Shown here piece after piece: positions 31,068-38,638 of a stretch of DNA of 38,737 bases (positions are counted from its first letter, which is position 1; every line of letters begins with the position of its first letter). The position numbers and the translations under genes were made by a program. Source of the stretch: a virus. The DNA lies in IMG/VR virus record IMGVR_UViG_3300029230_000021; one strand, written 5' to 3'. The notes beneath the pieces were generated by a model, which saw nothing but the letters and a program-made list of their open reading frames with translations, was not told the DNA's origin and did no database searches.

Positions 31068-31290
31068 GGTTCATCCTCCTCAATCTCTAACTGCCCCGGC
31101 AGAACGCCGTCCTCCATCCACCAGTGGAATACATCAACGCCAGTAGTACCCATACTCCATGAGCCGTCCATCTTTCCGCGGCGCTGTCCTTGCCGCCGCT
31201 GTCAGTCAGCAGCAGCGGACGGTGATACAGGCGCAGCGACATATCCGACGCCAGCCGCAGCCGCTCCATTGCAGTTTGTTCTTTGTCCAT
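31067..31290 (-). pseudogene. Remnant of a PAPS-reductase/PP-loop family gene (N-terminal 37 aa to SGGKDS, then out-of-frame)
   Basis: MDKEQTAMERLRLASDMSLRLYHRPLLLTDSGGKDSAA, then junk. A different frame (..GVDVFHWWMEDGVLPGQLEIEEDEP*) ends in the GTGA overlap with the methyltransferase start. Confidence 0.55.
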
Positions 31291-31293
31291 CCG

Positions 31294-32376
31294 TTATACG
31301 ATTTCTCCCGTCTCCGGGCCTACTGCCTTGCAGCGATTCAGACGCTTTGCAATCATCTTGCCGAGCAAGCCCGCTTCTTCAAGCGGAACCTCGCGCAGAA
31401 CCTTTGCCTTTGGCGCACGTACTTTGCCGGTTTCGTAGAGCGGTACAACAATCTCTGCCGCGTCCGCCTCAAGTTCAAGCAGTGCTATATCATCCCAACT
31501 CTGCGCATACGCGCAAGCCCAACTTGCTGTTGCCATGTGTATACCCTCTCCGCAATCTTCTTCCGGATCAGCCGTGAAGCCGTTCGCAACTGCCATTTCG
31601 CCGATTTCGTAAAAGAAGCTTTTATCCCAATCCGACACATACTCTGTGTCACGCTTATGCACTGCCTTGTACAGCATGATTTTACCGTCAATGATCGGGA
31701 TATCATTTCCTTCAGCCCAATCCGTGATGTTGCCGGTGTTGTACACGACACGAGCGTTTCCGGACACTTTAACATTGCCCCTCGCCTCGACGGAGCTGTT
31801 GTCCCTCGCCACGACGGAGCTGTTGCCCCGCGCCTCGACGGAGCTGTTGTCCCACGCCTCGACGGAGCTGTTGCCCCTCGCCACGACAAAACTGTTGCCC
31901 CTCGCCTCGACGGAGCTGTTGCCCCTCGCCACGACAAAACTGTTGCCCCTCGCCACGACAAAACTGTTGCCCCTCGCCACGACGGAGCTGTTGCCCCACG
32001 CCACGACGGAGCTGTTGCCCCACGCCTCGACGGAGCTGTTGTCCCACGCCTCGACGGAGCTGTTTTCCCTCGCCACGACGGAGCTGTTGCCCCTCGCCAC
32101 GACGGAGCTGTTGCCCCACGCCTCGACGGAGCTGTTGCCCCGCGCCTCGACGGAGCTGTTGTCCCACGCCTCGACGGAGCTGTTTTCCCTCGCCACGACG
32201 GAGCTGTTGTCCCTCGCCACGACGGAGCTGTTGCCCCTCGCCACGACGGAGTATGCATATCTCTTGTTAACGACCGCCCTGTTGTATAGCGTGCCAAACT
32301 TAATGATTATTCTGCCGTTGTAATCTACCGGTATTGCATCAAGTTCTACCTGACTGGTTACTATTTTCTCGTACAT
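31294..32376 (-). CDS. Tandem 8-residue-repeat (solenoid-like) protein 1 with a C-terminal Cys-Gly-His-motif domain (360 aa)
   Basis: RBS aaaggagaag before ATG 32376. About 20 x [SVVARGNS/SVEAWDNS]. C-terminus LYKAVHKRDTEYVSDWDKSFFYEIG...DCGEGIHMATASWA. Confidence 0.7.
   Translation of the reverse strand: MYEKIVTSQVELDAIPVDYNGRIIIKFGTLYNRAVVNKRYAYSVVARGNSSVVARDNSSVVARENSSVEAWDNSSVEARGNSSVEAWGNSSVVARGNSSVVARENSSVEAWDNSSVEAWGNSSVVAWGNSSVVARGNSFVVARGNSFVVARGNSSVEARGNSFVVARGNSSVEAWDNSSVEARGNSSVVARDNSSVEARGNVKVSGNARVVYNTGNITDWAEGNDIPIIDGKIMLYKAVHKRDTEYVSDWDKSFFYEIGEMAVANGFTADPEEDCGEGIHMATASWACAYAQSWDDIALLELEADAAEIVVPLYETGKVRAPKAKVLREVPLEEAGLLGKMIAKRLNRCKAVGPETGEIV
31777..32251 (-). repeat. 19.8 copies of a 24-nt tandem repeat (coding)
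   Basis: Plus-strand unit gcccctcgcc(a/t)cgacggagctgtt with only a few variable positions. All six frames are open across it. Confidence 0.95.
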
Positions 32377-32389
32377 TTTCTTCTCCTTT

Positions 32390-32821
32390 TCAAAGTCGCC
32401 TTTTGGCGTATTCGGCCATGAGCAGAGCCTCTGCCATGCCGTCGTTATCTTTTCTGCATCTTTCTGTCGGCAGCAGCGACACTCCGGGGAAAAGCCGCTT
32501 GCACACCATGATCGAGCTGTTTTTGTCTCCGGTAATGGAAAATTCCTTTTTCCACTTCTGAGGCTGTACGAGCTCGTAGGATATGCCCATTGCCTCAAGC
32601 ACTCCCTGTACCCACCCGAAGTTCTGACCAAAGTTAAACATACTCGTAACGCCCTGTCCGGGCATCGCGTGAACGTGCTCAAGGCAGCACACCGAATCAG
32701 GCGGGACGCGGGACAGAATTTCTATGTACCGGCTCTTCTCATAGGGGGCAACGGTTATGCCGCCGTCGCGGACCACTGCAAGCCCGCCTTTTGCACCGGG
32801 GTCTATACCTATGTATGTCAA
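32390..32821 (-). CDS. RuvC-like Holliday junction resolvase (phage type)
   Basis: TYIGIDPGAKGGLAV, CLEHVH, DNDGMAEALLMAEYA. Probable TTG start at 32821, 8 nt after AAAGGAG. Confidence 0.75.
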   Translation of the reverse strand: MTYIGIDPGAKGGLAVVRDGGITVAPYEKSRYIEILSRVPPDSVCCLEHVHAMPGQGVTSMFNFGQNFGWVQGVLEAMGISYELVQPQKWKKEFSITGDKNSSIMVCKRLFPGVSLLPTERCRKDNDGMAEALLMAEYAKRRL

Positions 32822-32825
32822 TAAG

Positions 32826-33227
32826 TCATCTCCTTTTGGCACTTAGGAAACCTATATTCATCTGCCCGCGGCTGGTATAAAGCCGAAGTACCGACGCCAC
32901 CGTTGCCGGGATAGCTGCGCTGCGTGCATATTCCAGAACTGCGTCCAGCGTGTCACCGGCCTTGTCCTGTACACAGAGCACCTCGCAGATGTTCGGGATG
33001 TTCTTCAGCGCCTCGCGGTATACATCCTCCGGGCTTTCCCGAACGGCAAGCGCAATGTCGTTGATAAGCTTCCACGCATACGCATTGGCGTTCAGACTGC
33101 GCTTTTTCTTTGCCGGGGATATCTCATACTCCCCCGGCTTAAAGCCGTACACAAAGCGTCGTGCGTCCGGTATCGAAGCGGTAAGTATGAGGTCATTGCC
33201 CATGATCCGGGCGCTCTCAATCTTCAT
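32826..33227 (-). CDS. Hypothetical protein with a weak NinB/Orf-like motif
   Basis: KKRSLNANAYAWKLINDIA resembles the RSLxQNxxxW motif of lambda Orf/NinB. Low certainty. Confidence 0.35.
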   Translation of the reverse strand: MKIESARIMGNDLILTASIPDARRFVYGFKPGEYEISPAKKKRSLNANAYAWKLINDIALAVRESPEDVYREALKNIPNICEVLCVQDKAGDTLDAVLEYARSAAIPATVASVLRLYTSRGQMNIGFLSAKRR

Positions 33228-33780
33228 TCGCACCTCCCGGCAGCGCCGCAAAGCCAAGCTTCCCGGATATTTCGGCCAGCGTGTTTTTTACTCCGGTCGG
33301 CAGCGCCATGTACTCCCGCTCTTTTTCAGCCCTCACCGTGTATGAGCGCTGGAAGTTCGACGCTATGACGCTCTGCACTGTCTCCGCGTCCATCATCGCC
33401 CATTCTTTCAGCTGGTTAGGACTGCCAACGATCCGCTGAACCACCGGCGGGAGCTTGTCAAACTCGTCTTTCGCGTGATAGATTCCGCGCTGTGTAGCTG
33501 CGTTCACAAACTGCCATGCCTCTTGCGGCGTCATGTCCGCGTTGGTCGTCATGCCAATAAGGCGCTGCTTGATAGCCCCCGGCGGCGGCATGAATCTATC
33601 TGCCGACGCGGATATGTGTGCCATCACGGCGGCTTGCACGGCGCTTGCCGGGTCGTCTTCAAAGACCTTAGCCCATATCTTGACCGTGGAGCGGAGCGCA
33701 TCAGCAGATAAGTTCTTGAAGCTGTCCGGATATACCGTCTGCATAATGCCTATGATCTGCGCCGATTCTCGCTCAGTCAT
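33217..33780 (-). CDS. G39P-like replicative helicase loader/inhibitor
   Basis: IIGIMQTVYPDSFKNLSADALRSTVKIWAKVFEDDPASAVQAAV...FMPPPGAI pattern of SPP1 G39P-type loaders. Confidence 0.6.
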   Translation of the reverse strand: MTERESAQIIGIMQTVYPDSFKNLSADALRSTVKIWAKVFEDDPASAVQAAVMAHISASADRFMPPPGAIKQRLIGMTTNADMTPQEAWQFVNAATQRGIYHAKDEFDKLPPVVQRIVGSPNQLKEWAMMDAETVQSVIASNFQRSYTVRAEKEREYMALPTGVKNTLAEISGKLGFAALPGGANED

Positions 33781-34489
33781 CGAAATCCCCCCTCCGTATC
33801 ATTTCGGCTAACCTGTCAGCCGTCGCCACCGGCGCGGGCTGCGTATACTTCCGGTTAAGTCCCCAACCGTCACGGTGGCATTTCCTAACGGTGAGGTTCC
33901 AGTCTTTCCACTTGTTTTTGTTGCCCGTGGACTGCGCCGATTCGTCTACGTAAGCGATGCAGCGGGCAAGTTCGGTTTCTCCGAGGTCTGCAAGCAAGCG
34001 TGAATATTCGTTATCCGTTAGCTTTACCCAGCCATATTGCCCGTGAGCGTGGCGCGTGGGCGCGCTCTCTTTCGGATTCGTATTCGGATTTGGATTCGTA
34101 TTCGGATTGGATTCAGGCGGTGATTCACCGCAGCTCACCGTCGGTGACGGTGGTTCACCGTGAGGCGGTGCAGGAAACCGCGATTTTTTCGTCTGGATTC
34201 TTTGATGCGACTCCCATGTTGGGAAGTATAGGTAGGGCTTTCCGTCCACTTCGTAGAGGCCAACGCAGCCTATACCCGCCAAATCTCGCAGAGCGGCATC
34301 TATATCCTTATTCGTTATCCTGTCCCGTAGGGGGAAGCAAGCGCCTTTGATTATCGCCGGTCTTGCATCCCCTCTGCCGTAGTCGTCCACATACGTAATC
34401 AACGAAATCCAAAGCCGGAATTGGAAGTCTGTCATCCTGTTTACGTCCTCCGACGTGTGGATGCTCTCTTTAATTATCCGGTTCGGCAT
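33773..34489 (-). CDS. Phage replisome organiser (DnaD-like N-terminal domain)
   Basis: FRLWISLITYVDDYGRGDARPAIIKGACFP... Low-complexity linker NPNTNPNPNTNP. Confidence 0.7.
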   Translation of the reverse strand: MPNRIIKESIHTSEDVNRMTDFQFRLWISLITYVDDYGRGDARPAIIKGACFPLRDRITNKDIDAALRDLAGIGCVGLYEVDGKPYLYFPTWESHQRIQTKKSRFPAPPHGEPPSPTVSCGESPPESNPNTNPNPNTNPKESAPTRHAHGQYGWVKLTDNEYSRLLADLGETELARCIAYVDESAQSTGNKNKWKDWNLTVRKCHRDGWGLNRKYTQPAPVATADRLAEMIRRGDFDD

Positions 34490-34701
34490 TCTCGCGCCTC
34501 CAATCTGTACCGTGAATAGCGCGTTGCCTCGCCGTATCTGTTCTTTCCGGTCTCTGTCTCGCCGACTATCGGATAGCCGAGCTTGCGCAAGTCGTTAATG
34601 CGGGAGGCAAGCCGCATTATTCCGTATTCGGTCATTGCCTCCTTGCTCGTTATGCTGCCGTAGTCGGTCAAGTGCCGGATTATTCTTTCGTTCTGTGTCA
34701 T
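34474..34701 (-). CDS. Small winged-helix/HTH protein
   Basis: IIRHLTDYGSITSKEAMTEYGIMRLASRINDLRKLGYPI. Confidence 0.6.
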   Translation of the reverse strand: MTQNERIIRHLTDYGSITSKEAMTEYGIMRLASRINDLRKLGYPIVGETETGKNRYGEATRYSRYRLEARECRTG

Positions 34702-34704
34702 AGG

Positions 34705-35097
34705 TCAAAACGGGAGAGTTTCGCCGTCCGCTTCCAGCTCTTCAAACTCTGGCGGCTCGGCGTTTGTGCCGGTGCTGCGCTTGCTCTCGCCGAAATACAC
34801 ACTGTCGGCGATCACCTCTGCGTTGCGGCGCTTGTTGCCGTTCTTGTCCTCCCAATCGCGCATCTGCAAGCGACCGGTTGCAATGGTCATGCTGCCCTTA
34901 GTGAAATACTTGCTGACAAACTCCGCTGTCTGACGCCATACTACGACGTCAATAAAATCGGTCTGCTTTTCGCTGCCGCCGCTCTGATAGTCACGGTCAA
35001 CTGCAAGGGTGAACGTCACAACCGGCGTTCCCTGCGGCGTGTGGCGCAGCTCCGGATCACGTGTCATCCTGCCCATGATGGTTATTCGGTTAAGCAT
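34705..35097 (-). CDS. ssb: Single-stranded DNA-binding protein
   Basis: MLNRITIMGRMTRDPELRHTPQGTPVVTFTLAV... and an acidic tail ending DGETLPF. Confidence 0.9.
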   Translation of the reverse strand: MLNRITIMGRMTRDPELRHTPQGTPVVTFTLAVDRDYQSGGSEKQTDFIDVVVWRQTAEFVSKYFTKGSMTIATGRLQMRDWEDKNGNKRRNAEVIADSVYFGESKRSTGTNAEPPEFEELEADGETLPF

Positions 35098-35760
35098 TTA
35101 GCCCTCCTGTTCTGCCGTCTTAACGGCTTTCTTTGCTTCATTGATCTTGGTCATACAGTCGCGGCACAAGCTGCGGCCATAGCTTTTCTGACTGTTGCGT
35201 ACCACGTCCGCCGGTGTCCAGACGCGCCCGTCCTTGAGCTTTATAGGCTCTATCTTGCTACCGCAATCGGCGCATATTAGAGCCGTCTGTGTGTATCGCT
35301 CTTCTGTGCTTGCCGTCTGATCCGGGTCATCGCCGGTGCTGATCTTATAGGCTTTCATCAGCGCGTATTTATCGGCATATGTCATTGCCTTGCCGCTTCC
35401 CTTATCCTGGCTGTCTATGCCCTCTGCAAAAGTCGTCGTTTCTATGTATTCTGCCGGATTGTCGATGTTGCAGAAGCGATAGACGGTCTTGATGCGTTCG
35501 TAGAACGTCGTTTTCTTCGTTACCTTGCCCTGATATTCGTTCTCGCTTTCGAGTATCTGAGATTCGAGAACGTGACGTTCAGCAGGATAGGAATAAACAC
35601 CGTGCTTGATTTCAAGCGGCTTAACTGCGTCGATGATATCTCGCTCGGATACGGCCTTATAGCTCTTGCCGCGCCCAGTCTCCACGCTCAGATTCTTTGC
35701 GACGGTCTGTAAGTCCGCCGTGATTGCGGCCATGCGCTGATATATGTTTTTCTCTGACAT
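35098..35760 (-). CDS. ERF-family single-strand annealing recombinase with a C-terminal zinc-ribbon-like tail
   Basis: IYQRMAAITADLQTVAKN...YKAVSERDIIDAVKPLEIKHGV...GKAMTYADKYALMKAY. CADCG...CRDC. Confidence 0.8.
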   Translation of the reverse strand: MSEKNIYQRMAAITADLQTVAKNLSVETGRGKSYKAVSERDIIDAVKPLEIKHGVYSYPAERHVLESQILESENEYQGKVTKKTTFYERIKTVYRFCNIDNPAEYIETTTFAEGIDSQDKGSGKAMTYADKYALMKAYKISTGDDPDQTASTEERYTQTALICADCGSKIEPIKLKDGRVWTPADVVRNSQKSYGRSLCRDCMTKINEAKKAVKTAEQEG

Positions 35761-35770
35761 TTCTGCCTCC

Positions 35771-36262
35771 TTATTTAATTATCAAGGATGTGTTCTCCAC
35801 CAGCTTTGCGCCGGGGATTTCTGCGCCTTGCACAAGCAGAGCTTTTATCGCGACCTTGTTAGCCGCCGGGGCGGTGAAGCGGAGCAAGGTGTTATTCCCT
35901 GTTTTTTCCGCCCAGTCTATAAAGTCATCTGCAAGCTCAACCGCCTGAGATTTGCGGAATGAAACCGCACATTTTGCCGTCTGGAATTTCTGCCCTTGCA
36001 GCGCATAATCGAGATAGTCCCTAAGGCGTTCGGCCTTTTTCTCTGCTGCCTTGCGGCGCTCGGCAAGTGCTGTCTCCTCGTCCTTGAGTGCCTTTACATC
36101 TGCTGCGAGATTCTTGACGTAGCACGCAATATTCTCGATCTTGCTCTCTCGCTCCATCATTAGAGCGTCGAGTGCGTCATTATCAACCAGCAATTCCCCG
36201 GTCTCCGGATCAACAGCATTTGCAAGCTGTTCTATGCTTTTGTCAATTTCGTAAAGTGTCAT
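35771..36262 (-). CDS. Siphovirus Gp157-like protein
   Basis: MTLYEIDKSIEQL...IENIACYVKNLAADVKALKDEE...RLRDYL pattern. Lies upstream of the ERF gene. Confidence 0.65.
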   Translation of the reverse strand: MTLYEIDKSIEQLANAVDPETGELLVDNDALDALMMERESKIENIACYVKNLAADVKALKDEETALAERRKAAEKKAERLRDYLDYALQGQKFQTAKCAVSFRKSQAVELADDFIDWAEKTGNNTLLRFTAPAANKVAIKALLVQGAEIPGAKLVENTSLIIK

Positions 36263-36497
36263 TTTCACCCTCCGTTGAAACATTTGACGGCGTCCGAAAG
36301 CCTTTTGAAATACTGGCTTTTGCCGTCTATCATTACTTCGTAATCGCCATAGCTCTTATCCGCGTAGTGCTCCATCGTTCAGAAAAGCATTTTGCCCTTG
36401 TGTCTATACATGAGGTGCTTTTCTCTCATCCCCTCAAACCGTGCGCAGCTCAAATGTTCGGGGAGCACGGCGCAGATATCCGCAAAATCGTATAGGC

Positions 36498-37325
36498 TCA
36501 TTCTTCGGGCACTTCCACGATCTCACCGTCTTTGAGCGTATACCATGTATCCGCTTTGTACGTCTCGCCGTCAATCTCGAACGACTTAACGCAAATGCAC
36601 GGACACCCCTCACCGATCCACTCGCCATACTCGGCAAGTGTGCACCAAGTACCTACGGGCGCTTTGATTCGTCCGCGCTTGCCCACACAAGCTACCACAT
36701 TATTAGCGTTTTCAACGGTGATCTGCGCGTCATCGCCGGAGCTGCCGATCTTCGCGTATCTGCCGGAGCTGCCGATCTGCGCGCCATCGCCGGAGCTGCC
36801 GATCTGCGCGCCATCGCCGGAGCTGCCGATCTGCGCGCCATTGCCGGAGCTGCCGATCTGCGCGCCATTGCCGGAGCTGCCGATCTGCGCGCCATTGCCG
36901 GAGCTGCCGATCTTCGCGTCATCGCCGGAGCTGCCGATCTGCGCGCCATCGCTAACATCAACATCTTCCGGTTTCGGCATCTCCTTTATCGTTTTTTCAT
37001 AAAGGAAATCAACGCAAGCTTGTATAAAGCCCTTAAAGCCAAGCTTGAAACCGATTTTTATAGTACTTGTCGCGAACTTTCGCCCGTCGCCCGTGACCGG
37101 CTCGTCGATTGCCTCAACCGTCGTGAACTCGCTGAACTGTCCGTCCGGCTGCACAAGCGGATAATAGTCAAGCGTGTCAAACGGGTTGACGCAGTAGTGC
37201 GTAACACCGGAGCAGCAGATACCGTGACCGTTTTTCTTATAAACGGTATCCTCTTCGTACTTATGCCCACGACATATCAAGCCGGGGTTGTATGCTTTGT
37301 AACCTCTCTCGTTCATTGTTGACAT
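36498..37325 (-). CDS. Tandem 9-residue-repeat (solenoid-like) protein 2 with an N-terminal Cys-Gly-His-motif domain
   Basis: ERGYKAYNPGLICRGHKYEEDTVYKKNGHGICCSGVTHYCVNPFDTLDYY. About 9 x [GxGAQIGSS]. Cys-rich C-terminus. The start is ATG 37331 or 37325. Confidence 0.7.
   Translation of the reverse strand: MSTMNERGYKAYNPGLICRGHKYEEDTVYKKNGHGICCSGVTHYCVNPFDTLDYYPLVQPDGQFSEFTTVEAIDEPVTGDGRKFATSTIKIGFKLGFKGFIQACVDFLYEKTIKEMPKPEDVDVSDGAQIGSSGDDAKIGSSGNGAQIGSSGNGAQIGSSGNGAQIGSSGDGAQIGSSGDGAQIGSSGRYAKIGSSGDDAQITVENANNVVACVGKRGRIKAPVGTWCTLAEYGEWIGEGCPCICVKSFEIDGETYKADTWYTLKDGEIVEVPEE
36720..36952 (-). repeat. 8.6 copies of a 27-nt tandem repeat (coding)
   Basis: Plus-strand unit gatctgcgcgccatcgccggagctgcc. 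The copies differ at 1-4 positions. Confidence 0.95.
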
Positions 37326-37402
37326 ACCCATCCTTTTCGTTTATAATCGAATTTGTTGATATACCCAGCCGCTTTCCGATCTGCTTATCGGGGGCGGCAT
37401 TT

Positions 37403-37639
37403 TCAATGCCTGTGAATCTTCGTGCCGTCCGGCATGATGAAGAAATCCGCGTCCGTAGCCGGTGTGTAACGCTTGCCGTCGAGTTTCCCGGCCTTGTCCA
37501 TGTCCGCCCAGCCGTAAGACTGCGCGATCTCGCGTATCTCATTGGCGCGCTCTGTGATGATGTCGAGGTAGACGATCACAGCAAACAGCACCAACGCGAG
37601 AGCGCCGACGATCAGGACACTTAATGTCTCTATGCTCAT
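37403..37639 (-). CDS. Small membrane protein (78 aa, N-terminal TM helix)
   Basis: MSIETLSVLIVGALALVLFAVIVYLDII. ATGA overlap with the upstream ORF. Confidence 0.5.
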   Translation of the reverse strand: MSIETLSVLIVGALALVLFAVIVYLDIITERANEIREIAQSYGWADMDKAGKLDGKRYTPATDADFFIMPDGTKIHRH

Positions 37640-37773
37640 TTCCCGGCCTCCTGCCATGCTCTTTCACTCGCCGTGCTGCGCTCCTCCAGCTCAAGCACTC
37701 CCTGACGGAAGAGCACACCGAAGAAGTAGAACACCCCGGCAGTGACCGTCAGCCAGCCTAATACACTATCCAT
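37636..37773 (-). CDS. Small membrane protein (45 aa)
   Basis: MDSVLGWLTVTAGVFYFFGVLF... Below the ORF-track cut-off. Confidence 0.35.
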   Translation of the reverse strand: MDSVLGWLTVTAGVFYFFGVLFRQGVLELEERSTASERAWQEAGK

Positions 37774-37945
37774 ATCTTTTCTTTCTCCTTTCCATTCCCG
37801 CGCGTAAGACTTCATCAGCGTCGGGATAATTGTGTTTTCTTATGTACGCTTTCTTTGCTGCGTTCTCGCGTTCCTGCGCCTTGCCAGCCTCACAGTCAGC
37901 GTGGCAGCCAACGCGGCGGAACTCACAGCCTTTGCAGGGTCTCAT
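37766..37945 (-). CDS. Small Cys-rich protein (59 aa)
   Basis: MRPCKGCEFRRVGCHADCEAGK... Translated by hand. Below the ORF-track cut-off. Confidence 0.45.
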   Translation of the reverse strand: MRPCKGCEFRRVGCHADCEAGKAQERENAAKKAYIRKHNYPDADEVLRAGMERRKKRYG

Positions 37946-38139
37946 TTGCCTGTCCTCACAAACCGTATAAACGGCTCACGGAGAACCTTGACGCGGTTGC
38001 CGCTCTGTATTGCCGGAAACTCAAGCTTGCCCTCTTTGAATTTCACGTTGATATCATAGGGCTTGCAGCCGATGACGCTTGCGGCCTCCTGCGGTGTTAA
38101 CGTGGCCTTGTCCATGGCCTCGATATCGTCAATCGTCAC
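37942..38139 (-). CDS. Excisionase-family/MerR-like HTH protein (Xis candidate)
   Basis: LTPQEAASVIGCKPYDINVKFKEGKLEFPAIQSGNRVKVLREPFIRFV. Confidence 0.6.
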   Translation of the reverse strand: MTIDDIEAMDKATLTPQEAASVIGCKPYDINVKFKEGKLEFPAIQSGNRVKVLREPFIRFVRTGK

Positions 38140-38490
38140 TCATGACCACCTCCAATAAGTTTGCGCCGCATCGTTGCGGGCATTTATCGCGTTTATCATG
38201 TTCTGGTTGATCTGCACCTGCATATTCTCCATTTGCGTCTTTAGCAGCTGCGTCCGGGCTAATGTGCCGTCGATATAACGGCCGCCCACATTCACCCAGC
38301 CCGGATACTCGCTCCGTTGGTAAACCTGCGCATACGCTGGAATCGGCTTTGAGGCATATTCTGCCTCTCGCAACACAGCGCGAACTTCTTCATGTATGTA
38401 CGGTGCTGTCTGCCATGAATACTCTTTGTCTTGCGTCAGCTTTTGCCGCAGATATGGGGCTAAGTCCTCGCACGGCGGGACGCTGTTCAC
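38140..38490 (-). CDS. Hypothetical early protein (116 aa)
   Basis: The GTG start overlaps the upstream stop. No recognisable domain. Confidence 0.5.
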   Translation of the reverse strand: MNSVPPCEDLAPYLRQKLTQDKEYSWQTAPYIHEEVRAVLREAEYASKPIPAYAQVYQRSEYPGWVNVGGRYIDGTLARTQLLKTQMENMQVQINQNMINAINARNDAAQTYWRWS

Positions 38491-38627
38491 ACCTTGCCCT
38501 CCTTTTCCTTTTTCAGTCCGTCAAGTCTGCCCTGCAAGTACCCACGGACGTAATCCGCGCCGTCGGGCGGTATCTGCTTCAGACTGTCTATGACTTCCTT
38601 TGCGGTTTTCTTTTCCTGTTCGCTCAT
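38487..38627 (-). CDS. Small hypothetical early protein (46 aa)
   Basis: RBS ggaggtg before ATG 38627. MSEQEKKTAKEVIDSLKQIPPDGADYVRGYLQGRLDGLKKEKEGKV. Confidence 0.4.
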   Translation of the reverse strand: MSEQEKKTAKEVIDSLKQIPPDGADYVRGYLQGRLDGLKKEKEGKV

Positions 38628-38638
38628 GTTTTCACCTC

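Noticed and set aside
31777-32251. Tandem arrays considered as CRISPR
   Set aside because: The units are contiguous, with no unique spacers. They lie in frame inside a protein-coding gene, and no cas genes are present.
31159-32323. Several long ORFs in other frames and strands across the 24-nt array (376 aa, 270 aa, 225 aa, 132 aa), and likewise 36441-37322, 36532-37002 and 36692-36964 across the 27-nt array
   Set aside because: A repeat unit whose length is a multiple of 3 and which has no stop in any frame keeps all six frames open. Only the minus-strand frames with an RBS, an ATG and non-repeat flanking domains are credible.
36265-36501. Two small ORFs (40 aa and 36 aa) separated by an in-frame TGA at 36379-36381, considered as TGA read-through or an alternative genetic code
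   Set aside because: All large genes close normally on TGA, TAA or TAG under the standard code. The only tRNA is a normal Gln(UUG), not a suppressor. An ATG follows two codons after the stop, so two separate mini-genes is the simpler reading.
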